Assembly (NCBI GenBank): GCA_963707985.1 | Contig: CAVPRW010000023.1 | Coordinates: 32,001 to 96,000 of the forward strand | Direction of reading: 5' to 3' | DNA from: an uncultured Nitrospinota bacterium | GTDB taxonomy: Bacteria > Tectomicrobia > Entotheonellia > J063 > CAVPRW01 | Length of the DNA: 64,000 nt | Shown: piece after piece, positions 21,839 through 36,244 of the stretch | Position numbering within the stretch: position 1 is the first letter of the stretch | How the letters are laid out: each line of letters starts with the position of its first letter | Program-made: the position numbers and the translations under genes | The notes under the pieces: model-generated | What the model was told of the DNA's origin: nothing | The model's database searches: none | The model's input: the letters and a program-made list of their open reading frames with translations, nothing else

Positions 21839-22097
21839 TCATGTGTAGTGATACCTGCAGGAAATAATAGTGATGGCGTCATCGGTTACCTTATACGAGT
21901 CGATGCTCATCATTGATTCGCCTTGACCAGTACCCCCTTAGCTCATGTCTCAACGGTTCAGGCCTACCAAGGCCTGCAAATGGATGACGCAGCGTATCCA
22001 AAATTAGGTTAACGATCCGCTGATATAGTTTTTTATCTATGGTCGCCCACTCGACAAAATCTTGGAAGGCATTCCGCTCAAAGATTACCCTTCTCAT
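21839..22097 (-). pseudogene. yoeB: Txe/YoeB toxin with an apparent 2-nt deletion near 21893
   Basis: PFAGLGRPEPLRHELRGYWSRRINDEHRLV, then stop; the expected tail YKVTDDAITIISCRYHYT is present in another frame and ends at 21839. Confidence 0.88.
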
Positions 22098-22333
22098 TGC
22101 AAATCTTCGAGTTTAAGCGGAACCAAATTACGATCTTGGGCAACGTTCTCGATCGCCTTCAGCAAGCGGTCTCTATTCGCCGGAGACCTTAGAAGATACG
22201 CGGTCTCATCTTCCTCGCTTTGAGCCGCTTCGCACACAACGATTTCAATCTCCTTGTCTTTAAACATTGTTTTCAAAGCACTCAGAAAATGGTTATCCAG
22301 CTCTCTCGTATTCATCCTATATATCATGTACAT
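22094..22333 (-). CDS. Antitoxin with YefM-like C-terminus
   Basis: DETAYLLRSPANRDRLLKAI motif; overlaps the yoeB start. Confidence 0.8.
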   Translation of the reverse strand: MYMIYRMNTRELDNHFLSALKTMFKDKEIEIVVCEAAQSEEDETAYLLRSPANRDRLLKAIENVAQDRNLVPLKLEDLQ

Positions 22334-22435
22334 CGATTCTCTCCTTTGGTGGAACCTTCGGACCTGTGATGACGCTTTGGGGTGTCGCGGTACCGCTCCT
22401 CAACGCCCAGATAGATCTATTATACCTGCATCTTC

Positions 22436-25400
22436 TTACGAACGATGAATATTCTCAAGCCACGCCTCCGGAATTCTTGCCCACTCTGAGGCCAGAATCA
22501 CCGGAATGGGTTTCCCGTCCAGTACCGGCATGTGACGTTGCTCATCAGATGGCATCAGGATGATGAATCCCGGAGCATCCGCTGCCTGCCCGCAGGCATC
22601 ACGCAGCTTCTCGAAGACTGGCAGTTGGTCGTAACGGGCCAGGAGGCCAGGGTAGACCAGCAGCACCGGCCTGTCGGCGCTGAACAGGGTGCGCTCCACC
22701 GCTGGCATGGCCTGTCGGATCAGGGTTTGCCAACGACGCCAGTCAGTGCCCTCGGGGGCCGCGGCATCGGCCTTCACCACCACCTCCCATTTGGCGCCCA
22801 GCGCTGCAGCGGTGGACTTCATTTCCTGGATCAGCAAGGCCTCGAGGCTGGTCCGCAGCACCGGAAAGCGTCGCACAATTTCCGCCTCGGTGCGCAGGAG
22901 ATACCGAGGGGCCACTGTTAGGATGAAAAAACGTCGTTCCTGAACTGCCCTGCTGAGACGCTCTTCGAGAGCAAAGGCCGCGTCAGCCTCGGGTGACGGG
23001 GGAACTCCCGGCTGCGATGCCGTACTCAGGCGGGTGAGGGTCGATCCTGTTGGAGATGGCTCTGGCACGATCGACCGGTGGCGGTAGCCACCCTGGCCGT
23101 CGAACGCATCGTCATCCCAGTCAAGGTCAATCCCGGCCTCGCGCAACAGGTCGTCCAGCCGCGGTCGACCTGGGATCGGTTCGGCGTGTGGATATCGACT
23201 GACGATGCGTTGCTGAATCTGCTGCACTGTAAGGGCTTTCGGCCCTACCAGGGAACCAGCCCCCAGTTTTACGGCACGGGCCGCTTCCATGCCGCGTGGG
23301 TAGAGCTCCAGACGGCTTGATAGGGCTGCCGTCCGCGCCGCTGCAACAGCCAGTCGCAGAATCCTATCCGGCGTAAGCATGGCGTCGTTTTCGGGCGGGG
23401 ACACAGCTTGTAGCTCTTCGACGACCCGGGTCGGCGTCAGCAGCGGGATCCGCCTTTGCCAGTTCGTCCGCCTTCACCCCGAGGCTTTCGGCGTAGTGTG
23501 CGCGTGCCGCCGGTGCAGCCGTATAGTAGTTGGCCAGGTTGGCTGTCGCGACGACGAAGGCACCCTGCTGACCGCGATATAACGTGTAGCGTGAGCGCTC
23601 ACGCAGCATCTCGGTCTCGACGGCCGCATACGCGACAGCCGCTGCCAACCGGAACCGTGCCGGCTCATCGGCGGCCGAACCGCGCGCCGCCAGCACGGCA
23701 ACGCTGAGCTCGTCGACGCTCATCACTCCGCCGTTCTTCTCGAGCACCGCAGCCAGATCCTCGCGCAGCGCTGTCATCCAGGCTTGTCTGCCCCAGTGCT
23801 CACGGGCGCGCCGCAAGGCGTGCTGGACAGCCGGACGTGGACAGGCGAGCCGCTCCGCAACGTCCGGCTCAGCCAGCCAGACTCCCCGCTGCCAGTCGCC
23901 CTCTAATCCCAGTAGACCCGAGACGATCCGCCGGTCCTCAACCTCGGCCCACTTGGGCACGACCCGGCGCGCCAAAAAATCGACGCTGAGCAGCCTGGGG
24001 TCAGACTGCATCTCCTCTTGTTCCGACTCGTCCAGCGTGGCAGGAGGCAGGGGCTCACCGCGCTCGGCGAAGACCTGGGCGATACGCTCGGCGAGGCCGC
24101 GGATCTCCTTGACGATTTTCTGTCCCAAACCCTGATTGCGATACAACCGAATGCGCGGTAGGCTCAGCAGCTCACCCACGGTCTGCGCCCCGATGCGCCC
24201 GAGTGCATCCAGCACTCTGGGGCTCAGCCCTAGACTTGACAGCGACGTCTCATCTGTGGCCGTGGCGAGCACGTGGTCGAAATCAACGGCTCCATTGTGG
24301 TCGGTCTCAGTCGCCGGGCGATCGACGGACTCGAAGATCCGACGCCACGCCCGTAGCATTTCCTCGGCGTTGTCGAAGCGCTGGCGGTGATCGCTGTGTA
24401 GCGCCCTGGAGAAGAACGCGGTCAATTCATCCCGCAGAGCGGGATCGAATTGCTCGCTCGCCAGAGACACTTCGCAATCGAGCATGGCGGGGTCCGACAT
24501 GCCATCTCCCCAGGATGGGAGGGCCCCGGTCGCCATCTCGTGGAGGGTCATGGCAACGGCGAAGCGCTCGGCATACAGGTCCCAGCGTGGGGATTTGCGT
24601 CGGCGCAGGAATGGGTCCAGATAGGGCGGCGTGCCGGCCCTGAGGTTGTCGACTGGAGTGTTCGCCAGAGAGAAATCGAACAGGATCAACGTGAGCTTGC
24701 CGGACGGGGTCTGGCCGACGCCGATGTTGTCGGGCTTGATGTCACGGTGCGAGACGCCGTTCTGCTCCAGCCAATCGGTCACCATCAGTAGCTCTTCGCC
24801 GAAGCGTTGCAGGAGATCCAACGACAGCCGTCCCTCCGACCGTATACGTTGGGCCAGCGTGTAGGCACCGGCTTTGATGTCGACTCCGGCTACCGCCATA
24901 AACAGGGCGGCGTGCCCACTGATCTCGATCTGTTCATATAGTTCGACGATATTCGGGTGGCGAAGCGTGTGGAGGACTTGTCCCTCCTCGATCAGCCGGG
25001 CGTTCTGACCTGGATCTAACGCGACTTTCAACACCCCTTCCTTGCCGTCGCGCTCGACCAATAGGGTGACGCTGGTCGATCCCGATCCCAGGCGCTTTTT
25101 GACGACAAACCCACGCTCCAATCGATCGTTGACCCGTGCCTCGAGCGGATGGACGACGTCCTCGGGCGCTGGCGCGGTGAGCTCATCCTCTACCCCTTCC
25201 AGAAGTTCGAGAAAGTCTCTCACGCTATCCAGGCGATCTTCAACCGTCGGAGCGGTGCTGAACTGGATCAGCTCCTGTAGCACTTGCCCAACGCCATTGA
25301 TGACCTCGGAAATGCGGAGTCCTCGGCCGTCCACGCACTTGCGTTGCAGCTCCTCGATGCTAGAGGCCGGGGCGAAGCCCGAGAACACGTAGTAGGCGAC

Positions 25401-26663
25401 CGCCCCGAGGGCGAAGATATCGAGCTTGGACGCGTCAAACACCATACCGGCGATGGCTTCCGGGGCCATATAGAGCAAGCTTTGTGGATCTCCGAAGAGA
25501 CCGAGGTGTAGTCCAGCATCGCCAGTCGAATGGGTACTGCCCGTTGAGGATCTCTCACGGCGCGCAGTTTGCCAGTCGAAGATGTTGATCTGCGGGGTGC
25601 GGCTCGCCGGCGCTTTGACCAGGATGGTCTGCGGGCTAAGCGCCTGATGATAGAGCCGGCGTTCATGGGCATATTGCAGCGCTTCGGCGATCTGCCGCAC
25701 CAGGCCCAATCGCATGCCAATGTCGAGTTGCTCTCCTTGCTTGCGCAGGAACAGGTCGAGCCGCTCAGCCTCCGGATCATGCTCAAAGATCAATGCCGGC
25801 CCGTCTTCGTGTTCGATGAACGCCTCGGCCCGGAGAATGCCGCCATGATTGACCCCCTGCAACCATAAAAATTCGCGTTCGGCGGCCTGTCGTTGTTGGC
25901 TGCGGCTGAGCGCTGTGGATTGCCGTGCATGGGGATAGAGGCGAACCCGACAGGTGACCTTAGGGAAGCTGACGTGGGCGGCCTCCCAGTCTTGGTACGC
26001 ATCGCTCTCCATCATCAAGCGCCCAAGCCGGTAGTCACCGACCCGGCGTGCATGTGAGGAGAGCCTGATGCCCGCTTGTTCAAGGGCCCGAGCGATGGCT
26101 TGCGCCAGGCGCCGATCGATGCGTTGCGGGGTGGAGCTGCCGCTTCGCGCTGTTGTATCAGTGACGCCGCTGAGCAGGCTGAGGATGTCTGGAAGTCCTT
26201 CGCGGGCATTATCCTGTCGGACGCAGACGCCATGCCGCGCGACCCCTTCCAGTTCACAACGGAGACCTGGAGCCGAGAGGAAGATGAGTGGTTCGATATA
26301 CGGCACGCGGGAGTTACGGAGAGCATTCTGGTGCTGCAGCAGCGATTTCAGCTTCTTCGCTTTACGGTTGGCCAGTAGCAGAGGGTTATCGTCAGTAAAC
26401 GTTCGGCCTTCGTCCGCCCAGGTCCATGTACCAGCATCGCCCGACACGCGGCCTGGTCGACTCTTGATCTCAACGAGATACATCTTGTACAGCGAGAGCA
26501 CCAGCAGGTCGACTTCGTTGATGCTGCCATCTTCCGCAATGAACTCAAAGTTGGACCAGGCACGAAACGGGTCCTGGTCGGGAAAATGCTCGCATACGTA
26601 GTTCAGCGCCGCCTGCTCCCAGGGAAATTGCGATTCCGTGATCGCCATCCAGCGCTGCGACAT
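22436..26663 (-). CDS. pglW: BREX-2 Ser/Thr kinase PglW (NERD, two kinase-like domains, C-terminal region), split by one extra base near 23446
   Basis: SQFPWE, AWSNFEFIA, EVDLL, VEIKS (NERD); HRDIKPDN, LFDFSL, GTPPYLDPF; continues in ORF 22436..23404. Confidence 0.93.
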
Positions 26664-26844
26664 AAGGGGCCTCAGGCGTTTTGTTGAACACTTCAACTTG
26701 CAGGGAATGAGCTCCTACGAGTGCGATGGTACATTGGCCCCTAGTGGAATGCAAGGTAGAAGCACAAGGCTTGGGGATTCCCTCGACGCCCAGCGATAAA
26801 CTATCGCCTGGCCTTGTGGAGTTGTTGCAGGCCAGTAGAATATC

Positions 26845-27672
26845 TCAGGGACGGCGACGCGATTTGGCCCCGGCGACAATGTCCAACACCTCTTGTGTCG
26901 CCGTTTCGCTCCGACTGGCCGTCAATTGCCGTGCGGTTTGTTCCGAGGTCGTGTCGATCCACTGTAAGGCTGCTTCGGTGGCGGTGAGGCGCATGCCGTG
27001 TTCGGACGCCAACGCGTCCAATAACACCTCGTACAGAGAAATGTACAGAAACTCCCGCACCGCGACCGCAGCCAGGTGATCGGGAGTGATGTAGGATGAG
27101 CGCCGCACCGGGGCGCCCGCATGCACCGAGACGATGGGGAGCAGGCGGGTACACACCGGCGTAAACTGGCCGACGCCGTCGAAACGCGCCGAAACTAGAT
27201 ACAAGCTGCCGATGCGTGCGGCGACATAATCCTCCAACACGTCCTGGGCCAGGTGCAGTAACAGGCGGGAGAGTCCGTCGAGACTCGCGGGCGCCTCGTA
27301 ATGGTACTGGGGCATGATGCCGGCTCGCGCGATCATGGGTCGCACCCGCCGCCCCACGGAATACACGGGTCCGAGCTTGCGATGCTCGTATTCTGCCACT
27401 GTATGCTGTGCCAACCGCGCGTTGTAATCGCCGCACAGCCCAAGGTCTGAAGCCACCACCACGAGTCCCCCAGGTGCGAGCCCATTGAGCGGCTGATGAA
27501 TACCAATTTCGGCTACGACGCTGTCGATTTCCGTGCGGTAGTCGCGAGCGGCCGGCAACGCCTTGCGGAGCATGCGAAAGTGGTGGGCCGAGAGCGACCG
27601 CATGGCGGAAACTGCGTCATGCAGAGTGTGCAAGGTGTGCAGCCGTCGCCGCAAGGCCATCTCATGTCTCAT
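26845..27672 (-). CDS. atpG: N-ATPase F1 gamma subunit
   Basis: SDLGLCGDYN, ASEHGMRL, TQEVLDIVAG. Confidence 0.92.
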   Translation of the reverse strand: MRHEMALRRRLHTLHTLHDAVSAMRSLSAHHFRMLRKALPAARDYRTEIDSVVAEIGIHQPLNGLAPGGLVVVASDLGLCGDYNARLAQHTVAEYEHRKLGPVYSVGRRVRPMIARAGIMPQYHYEAPASLDGLSRLLLHLAQDVLEDYVAARIGSLYLVSARFDGVGQFTPVCTRLLPIVSVHAGAPVRRSSYITPDHLAAVAVREFLYISLYEVLLDALASEHGMRLTATEAALQWIDTTSEQTARQLTASRSETATQEVLDIVAGAKSRRRP

Positions 27673-29186
27673 GGGGCTGGGTCCATAATCTGCGCCCGGG
27701 CCTGGTGAATAAGCGCGGCGACAGTGGCTTTCCAGTCACCCTCCGGCACCTCGCCGGTGTCCAGTGTGGCCATGAGCGTCGGCGCTTCGCGACGCAACAA
27801 CGCTAGCAGTGCCTCGACCATCGGGACCGCTTGCCCCAGGGGGAGATCCTGCAGCCATCGCTCAGATACAGCGGCCAGCGCCACGACCTGTTCGGCAATA
27901 CCCCGTGGCGACAATCGGTTTTGCCGCAGCAACGCCCGCATGAGGTTGCCGTCCTGCAACGTCGCCTGAGTGGCCAGGTCGATATCGAGCCCCACGCGGG
28001 AGAGCTTTTCGAGCGCTTCGAAGCGAGACCAGCGAATCCGCAGATTCTTGGCGACAGCGCGCATGATTTTGGGTTGCGCCACCGCGCCGATACGCGAGAC
28101 ACTCCTGCCGATGTCGATGGCCGGCCGCTGATCACGCTCGAAGCGGGTCGTGTCCAGATAGATTTGCCCGTCAGTGATCGAAATCAAGTTCGTGGGAATG
28201 TAGGTCGAAATGTCGCCATCGGTGGTTTCGGCCAGCGGCAAAGCGGTGACGGAACCGCCGCCACGTGCCTCGCTGAGCGCAGCCGCACGCTCTAACAGCT
28301 CCGCGTGGACATAAAAGATGTCGCCAGGGAAGGCTTCGCGTCCGGGTGGACGGTCGAGCAGCAGAGCCAGTTCACGGTAGGCGTCGGCGTGCTTGGTCAG
28401 ATCGTCGTACACGATGAGCGCGTGTTGCCCTCGATCACGGAACCACTCGGCGACGGATGCACCGGCATACGGCGCCAAGTATTGCATTCCAGGACTCGCC
28501 GAAGCGTGCGCGGCAATGATCGCCGTGTTGGCGAACCGTCCGGCACGTTCGAGCGTTTCTCGCAGCGCCAACACGCGCGACATCGGTTGGCCAATGACCA
28601 CGTATACGCAGGCCACATCTCCCGGGTGCTGCGCCACCACGATATCGAGCGCCAGCGCCGTCTTGCCCACGTTCCGGTCGCCGATGATCAGCTCCCGCTG
28701 CCCGCGGCCAATCGGGATAGCCGCATCGATGGCCAGGACGCCGGTCCACAGCGTCTGCTCGACATTGCGACGCTCGCAAAGCTCCGGCGCCGCACGAAAC
28801 AGCGGCAGACGATAGGCAGGCGACAGCGGTGGGCTTTCATCCAGCGGGTTCCCCAGAGGATCGAGCACTCGTCCGAGTGTCTCCGGTCCAACCGGCAGGT
28901 CCGGAAGGTATCCCGACCCAACGACACCGTCCCCTGCGTGCACGCGTTCCGATCCGGCGAGCAGAATCGCCCCAACAGCGTCAGCTCGCAGGTCATATGC
29001 CATGCCGAAGGCGCCGGAGTCGAACGTCAGCATTTCTTCGAAGCGCACATCGTCCAAACCAGCCACCAGGGCCACCCCGTCGCCAACCCGCTGGACGATG
29101 CCGCGGGGCTTGAAGCGGTCCGCCAAGGACACGCGGTTCGCCGCGGCGGTGAGGGCAGCTTCGAGCCATGGCACGCTATTGGCCAT
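27669..29186 (-). CDS. atpA: N-ATPase F1 alpha subunit
   Basis: GDGVA, GQRELIIGDRNVGKT, RPPGREAFPGD, PTNLISITDGQ, SVSRIG. Confidence 0.96.
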   Translation of the reverse strand: MANSVPWLEAALTAAANRVSLADRFKPRGIVQRVGDGVALVAGLDDVRFEEMLTFDSGAFGMAYDLRADAVGAILLAGSERVHAGDGVVGSGYLPDLPVGPETLGRVLDPLGNPLDESPPLSPAYRLPLFRAAPELCERRNVEQTLWTGVLAIDAAIPIGRGQRELIIGDRNVGKTALALDIVVAQHPGDVACVYVVIGQPMSRVLALRETLERAGRFANTAIIAAHASASPGMQYLAPYAGASVAEWFRDRGQHALIVYDDLTKHADAYRELALLLDRPPGREAFPGDIFYVHAELLERAAALSEARGGGSVTALPLAETTDGDISTYIPTNLISITDGQIYLDTTRFERDQRPAIDIGRSVSRIGAVAQPKIMRAVAKNLRIRWSRFEALEKLSRVGLDIDLATQATLQDGNLMRALLRQNRLSPRGIAEQVVALAAVSERWLQDLPLGQAVPMVEALLALLRREAPTLMATLDTGEVPEGDWKATVAALIHQARAQIMDPAP

Positions 29187-29916
29187 TGGTGATTCCTTGT
29201 GATGCTCGGTGCTCCAGTTCTACCGTCAGGGTGCGCTGCGCGAATGCAGCCAAACCCATGACGCTAGCGTCGACGACACCTCGCGGCGTCGTGATGCGCA
29301 TTCCGGCGCCGAGCTCCGGCACGACGCGCCGCATCGCGGTGCTCGCGGCCGGACCGAGAGCTTCGTCGAGCACCGCGTGGCTGTCCTCACTCAGCGGTTC
29401 GGCGGATTCCACAATCACCTGCGAAGAGTCCAACGCCAGTCCCCGTAATTGCTCGCAAGCCGCGCGGAGCAAAGCGGCGTTGAGGGTGGGGCCGTTGATC
29501 TGCGTCAGAAGACGGCCAACGACCACGCCAGCCGCGGCTGCTACTGCACGCGAGAGCGTCGCCATTTGCATTTCGTCGAAGCGCTCCACCTGCTGCTGTG
29601 CAGCTTGTTTGGCGCGCTGCGCTTGCTCGCGGGCTTGCGCGACGATGGTCTCGGCCTCCTGACGCGCGGCCTCGAGTATCTGGGCGCGCAGTTGCGTCAA
29701 TTCGTCGCGCAGTGTTTCTCGCTGCGCGACAACTTCGGCGCGCGTCTGTTCGGCCGCCGCTAACTGCTGAGAGGCTTCTCGCGACAACCCCTCCAGCCTG
29801 GCCCGATGATCCGCCAACGCCTGTCGCACCGGCTTGAAGAAGAGCCAGCCGAGCACCGCCGCCAGGACCAGGAAATTGGCGGCTTCGAAGAGAAAGGTGG
29901 TGAGTGTCGGAGACAC
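29176..29916 (-). CDS. atpF: N-ATPase extended b subunit (b with delta-like C-terminus)
   Basis: N-terminal TM FEAANFLVL...FKPV, long coiled coil, C-terminal ELGAGMRI region; no separate atpH in the operon. Confidence 0.9.
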   Translation of the reverse strand: MSPTLTTFLFEAANFLVLAAVLGWLFFKPVRQALADHRARLEGLSREASQQLAAAEQTRAEVVAQRETLRDELTQLRAQILEAARQEAETIVAQAREQAQRAKQAAQQQVERFDEMQMATLSRAVAAAAGVVVGRLLTQINGPTLNAALLRAACEQLRGLALDSSQVIVESAEPLSEDSHAVLDEALGPAASTAMRRVVPELGAGMRITTPRGVVDASVMGLAAFAQRTLTVELEHRASQGITNGQ

Positions 29917-29924
29917 GGCAATGG

Positions 29925-30188
29925 CTACCCTCGGCCAGCGATGAAGGGATTAGCAAACAGCACAATCAGCGCAATCACCAGGCAGAAGATCGCCGTCGAC
30001 TCGACCATCGCCAGGCTGACGAACAACGTGCGCGTAATCGATGAGGCTTCGTCGGGTTGCCGGGCTAAGGCATCCATCGCCGCCGCGCCAATACGGCTTT
30101 CGCCCAGGGCCGCACCCACAGCGCCTACCGCCATGGTCAAGGCGGCAGCCGCGATGGAAACGATGGCTATCACGCTTTGATCGGTCAT
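29925..30188 (-). CDS. atpE: N-ATPase c subunit
   Basis: LGE in helix 1, ARQP loop, ESTAIF in helix 2, LFANPF. Confidence 0.96.
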   Translation of the reverse strand: MTDQSVIAIVSIAAAALTMAVGAVGAALGESRIGAAAMDALARQPDEASSITRTLFVSLAMVESTAIFCLVIALIVLFANPFIAGRG

Positions 30189-30859
30189 GCTTCCTCCCCC
30201 GAGCTGATCGCGGCGCCGATATAGACGGTGGATAATACGGTAAAGATATAGGCCTGCAGTAAGCCGATAAGCATGTCGAGCGCCATGATCGGCATCGGCA
30301 CGAGAAAGCCGGCGAGCGCTACCAAGAGTCCAACCACCAAATGCCCTGACATCACGTTGCCGAACAACCGCACCGACAACGCCAACGTGCGGGACACTTC
30401 GGAGATCACGTGCAGTGGCATGAAGATCGGGTTGGGCCGTACATAGTGCTTCACATATCCCCAGAACCCATACGTGTGGATGCCCGCTATGGGGACAGCT
30501 AAGAACACCACCATCGCCAACGCGGACGTTGTGGCCAAACTTGCGGTGGCTGGGTGTATCCCTGGCAATTGTCCGACGATGTTGCAGCCGGCAATAAACA
30601 CAAACAGACTTCCGGACAGTGTCGCCACCACCGGGTGTGGTTGGCCGACAATGTCCCTAATAAGCGCGTCGAGCCATTCGACAGTCACCAGAGCGAGCGT
30701 GGCCAGCCAGTGGTGTGGTCGCCGCACGACCGTAACTCGCATGGCAACGGCCACCACCACCAGCAGCAGTGTCACGCCCAGCGACGTGACCATCGTTTCG
30801 GTGACCGGCACAGGGCCGATATGGAATAACACGGGGTCGCCAAAGATCCGCAGTGTCAT
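30185..30859 (-). CDS. atpB: N-ATPase a subunit
   Basis: SRTLALSVRLFGN with the essential Arg; LLQAYIF. Confidence 0.96.
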   Translation of the reverse strand: MTLRIFGDPVLFHIGPVPVTETMVTSLGVTLLLVVVAVAMRVTVVRRPHHWLATLALVTVEWLDALIRDIVGQPHPVVATLSGSLFVFIAGCNIVGQLPGIHPATASLATTSALAMVVFLAVPIAGIHTYGFWGYVKHYVRPNPIFMPLHVISEVSRTLALSVRLFGNVMSGHLVVGLLVALAGFLVPMPIMALDMLIGLLQAYIFTVLSTVYIGAAISSGEEA

Positions 30860-31107
30860 GGCGCCTTGCTCCTACTCAGCGCGAAACCGGTGAACACCAG
30901 AAAGCCGACGCCCCATCCCATACACACCGGCAGCAAGCTGCCAGCCAGGGCAGCGCCTACGAGGATCAAGGCCATGCAGAGCAGCCGCACCATCCCTATC
31001 GCCGCCATCATGGAGGACGCTCGGCGGGCCGCATGCCAGAGCCAGGCAGCATGCAGTCCGCCGACCACCACGCCAGCCGTCAACCACATGGGACTTGCAA
31101 GCGTCAT
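30856..31107 (-). CDS. atpR: N-ATPase AtpR-like membrane subunit
   Basis: Small 3-TM protein between atpQ and atpB; ATGA overlaps on both sides. Confidence 0.75.
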   Translation of the reverse strand: MTLASPMWLTAGVVVGGLHAAWLWHAARRASSMMAAIGMVRLLCMALILVGAALAGSLLPVCMGWGVGFLVFTGFALSRSKAP

Positions 31108-31390
31108 GAGTTGTGCTGCCTGACCGTTTTCCACGCGATGTACGCCCCGAGCACCGTCCCTACCGTGAGCAATATCAACGTGAAATGCACGCCTGTGTGC
31201 CAGCGATCGTCCACATAGTGCCCCAGGAGCGCCCCCCCCACGGACAACACCGCAATCGGCCAGCCGACCATGCCCAGCACACCAAGCGATCGCCAGAAGC
31301 TGCGGTGACCGACTTCGCGACGTGCGTGCCGCGACGTATCTCGCCGCAGTGCGGCACGCACGTCGGGGCGTCGATGTTGGCCGCTGTTGC

Positions 31391-31394
<4 letters not shown>
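31104..31394 (-). CDS. atpQ: N-ATPase AtpQ (AtpZ/gene-1 family)
   Basis: SFWRSLGVLGMVGWPIAV...GALLGHYVD signature. Confidence 0.88.
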
Positions 31395-35857
<4,463 letters not shown>

Positions 35858-35883
35858 GAAGAAACCGCCTCCGTTCCGCGCCT

Positions 35884-36223
35884 CTACGGCGCAAATGCGC
35901 GCACTGCTTCCTCTCTCGTGCCGTAGATGTCGAATATCCGGTGCATGCGCACGAGTTCGAAAACCGCCCGGACCTGTTTCGACATCCCGCACAGCTTCAA
36001 GTCGCCGCCCTTGGCGTTCAATTGCCGCAGGCAGGAGAGGAAGGCGCCCAGTCCGGAACTATCCACAAAGCGCAGCCGGCTCAGATCGAGCACCAGCTTC
36101 GTATTGGCCTCCAGCACAGGCGCGATGTCGCGCTTGAACTCTCCGGCGTTGCTGGCGTCCAGTTCCTCCACCGGCACGTGCCGCGACGGCCACGTCGCCT
36201 ATCTTGTCGACAGCGATTTCCAT
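35884..36223 (-). CDS. STAS-domain anti-anti-sigma factor (one apparent indel near 36180)
   Basis: LVLDLSRLRFVDSSGLG with the phosphorylatable Ser; out-of-frame start MEIAVDKIGDVAV at 36223. Confidence 0.9.
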
Positions 36224-36244
36224 CGAGTCTCCCTCGTCCTCACG

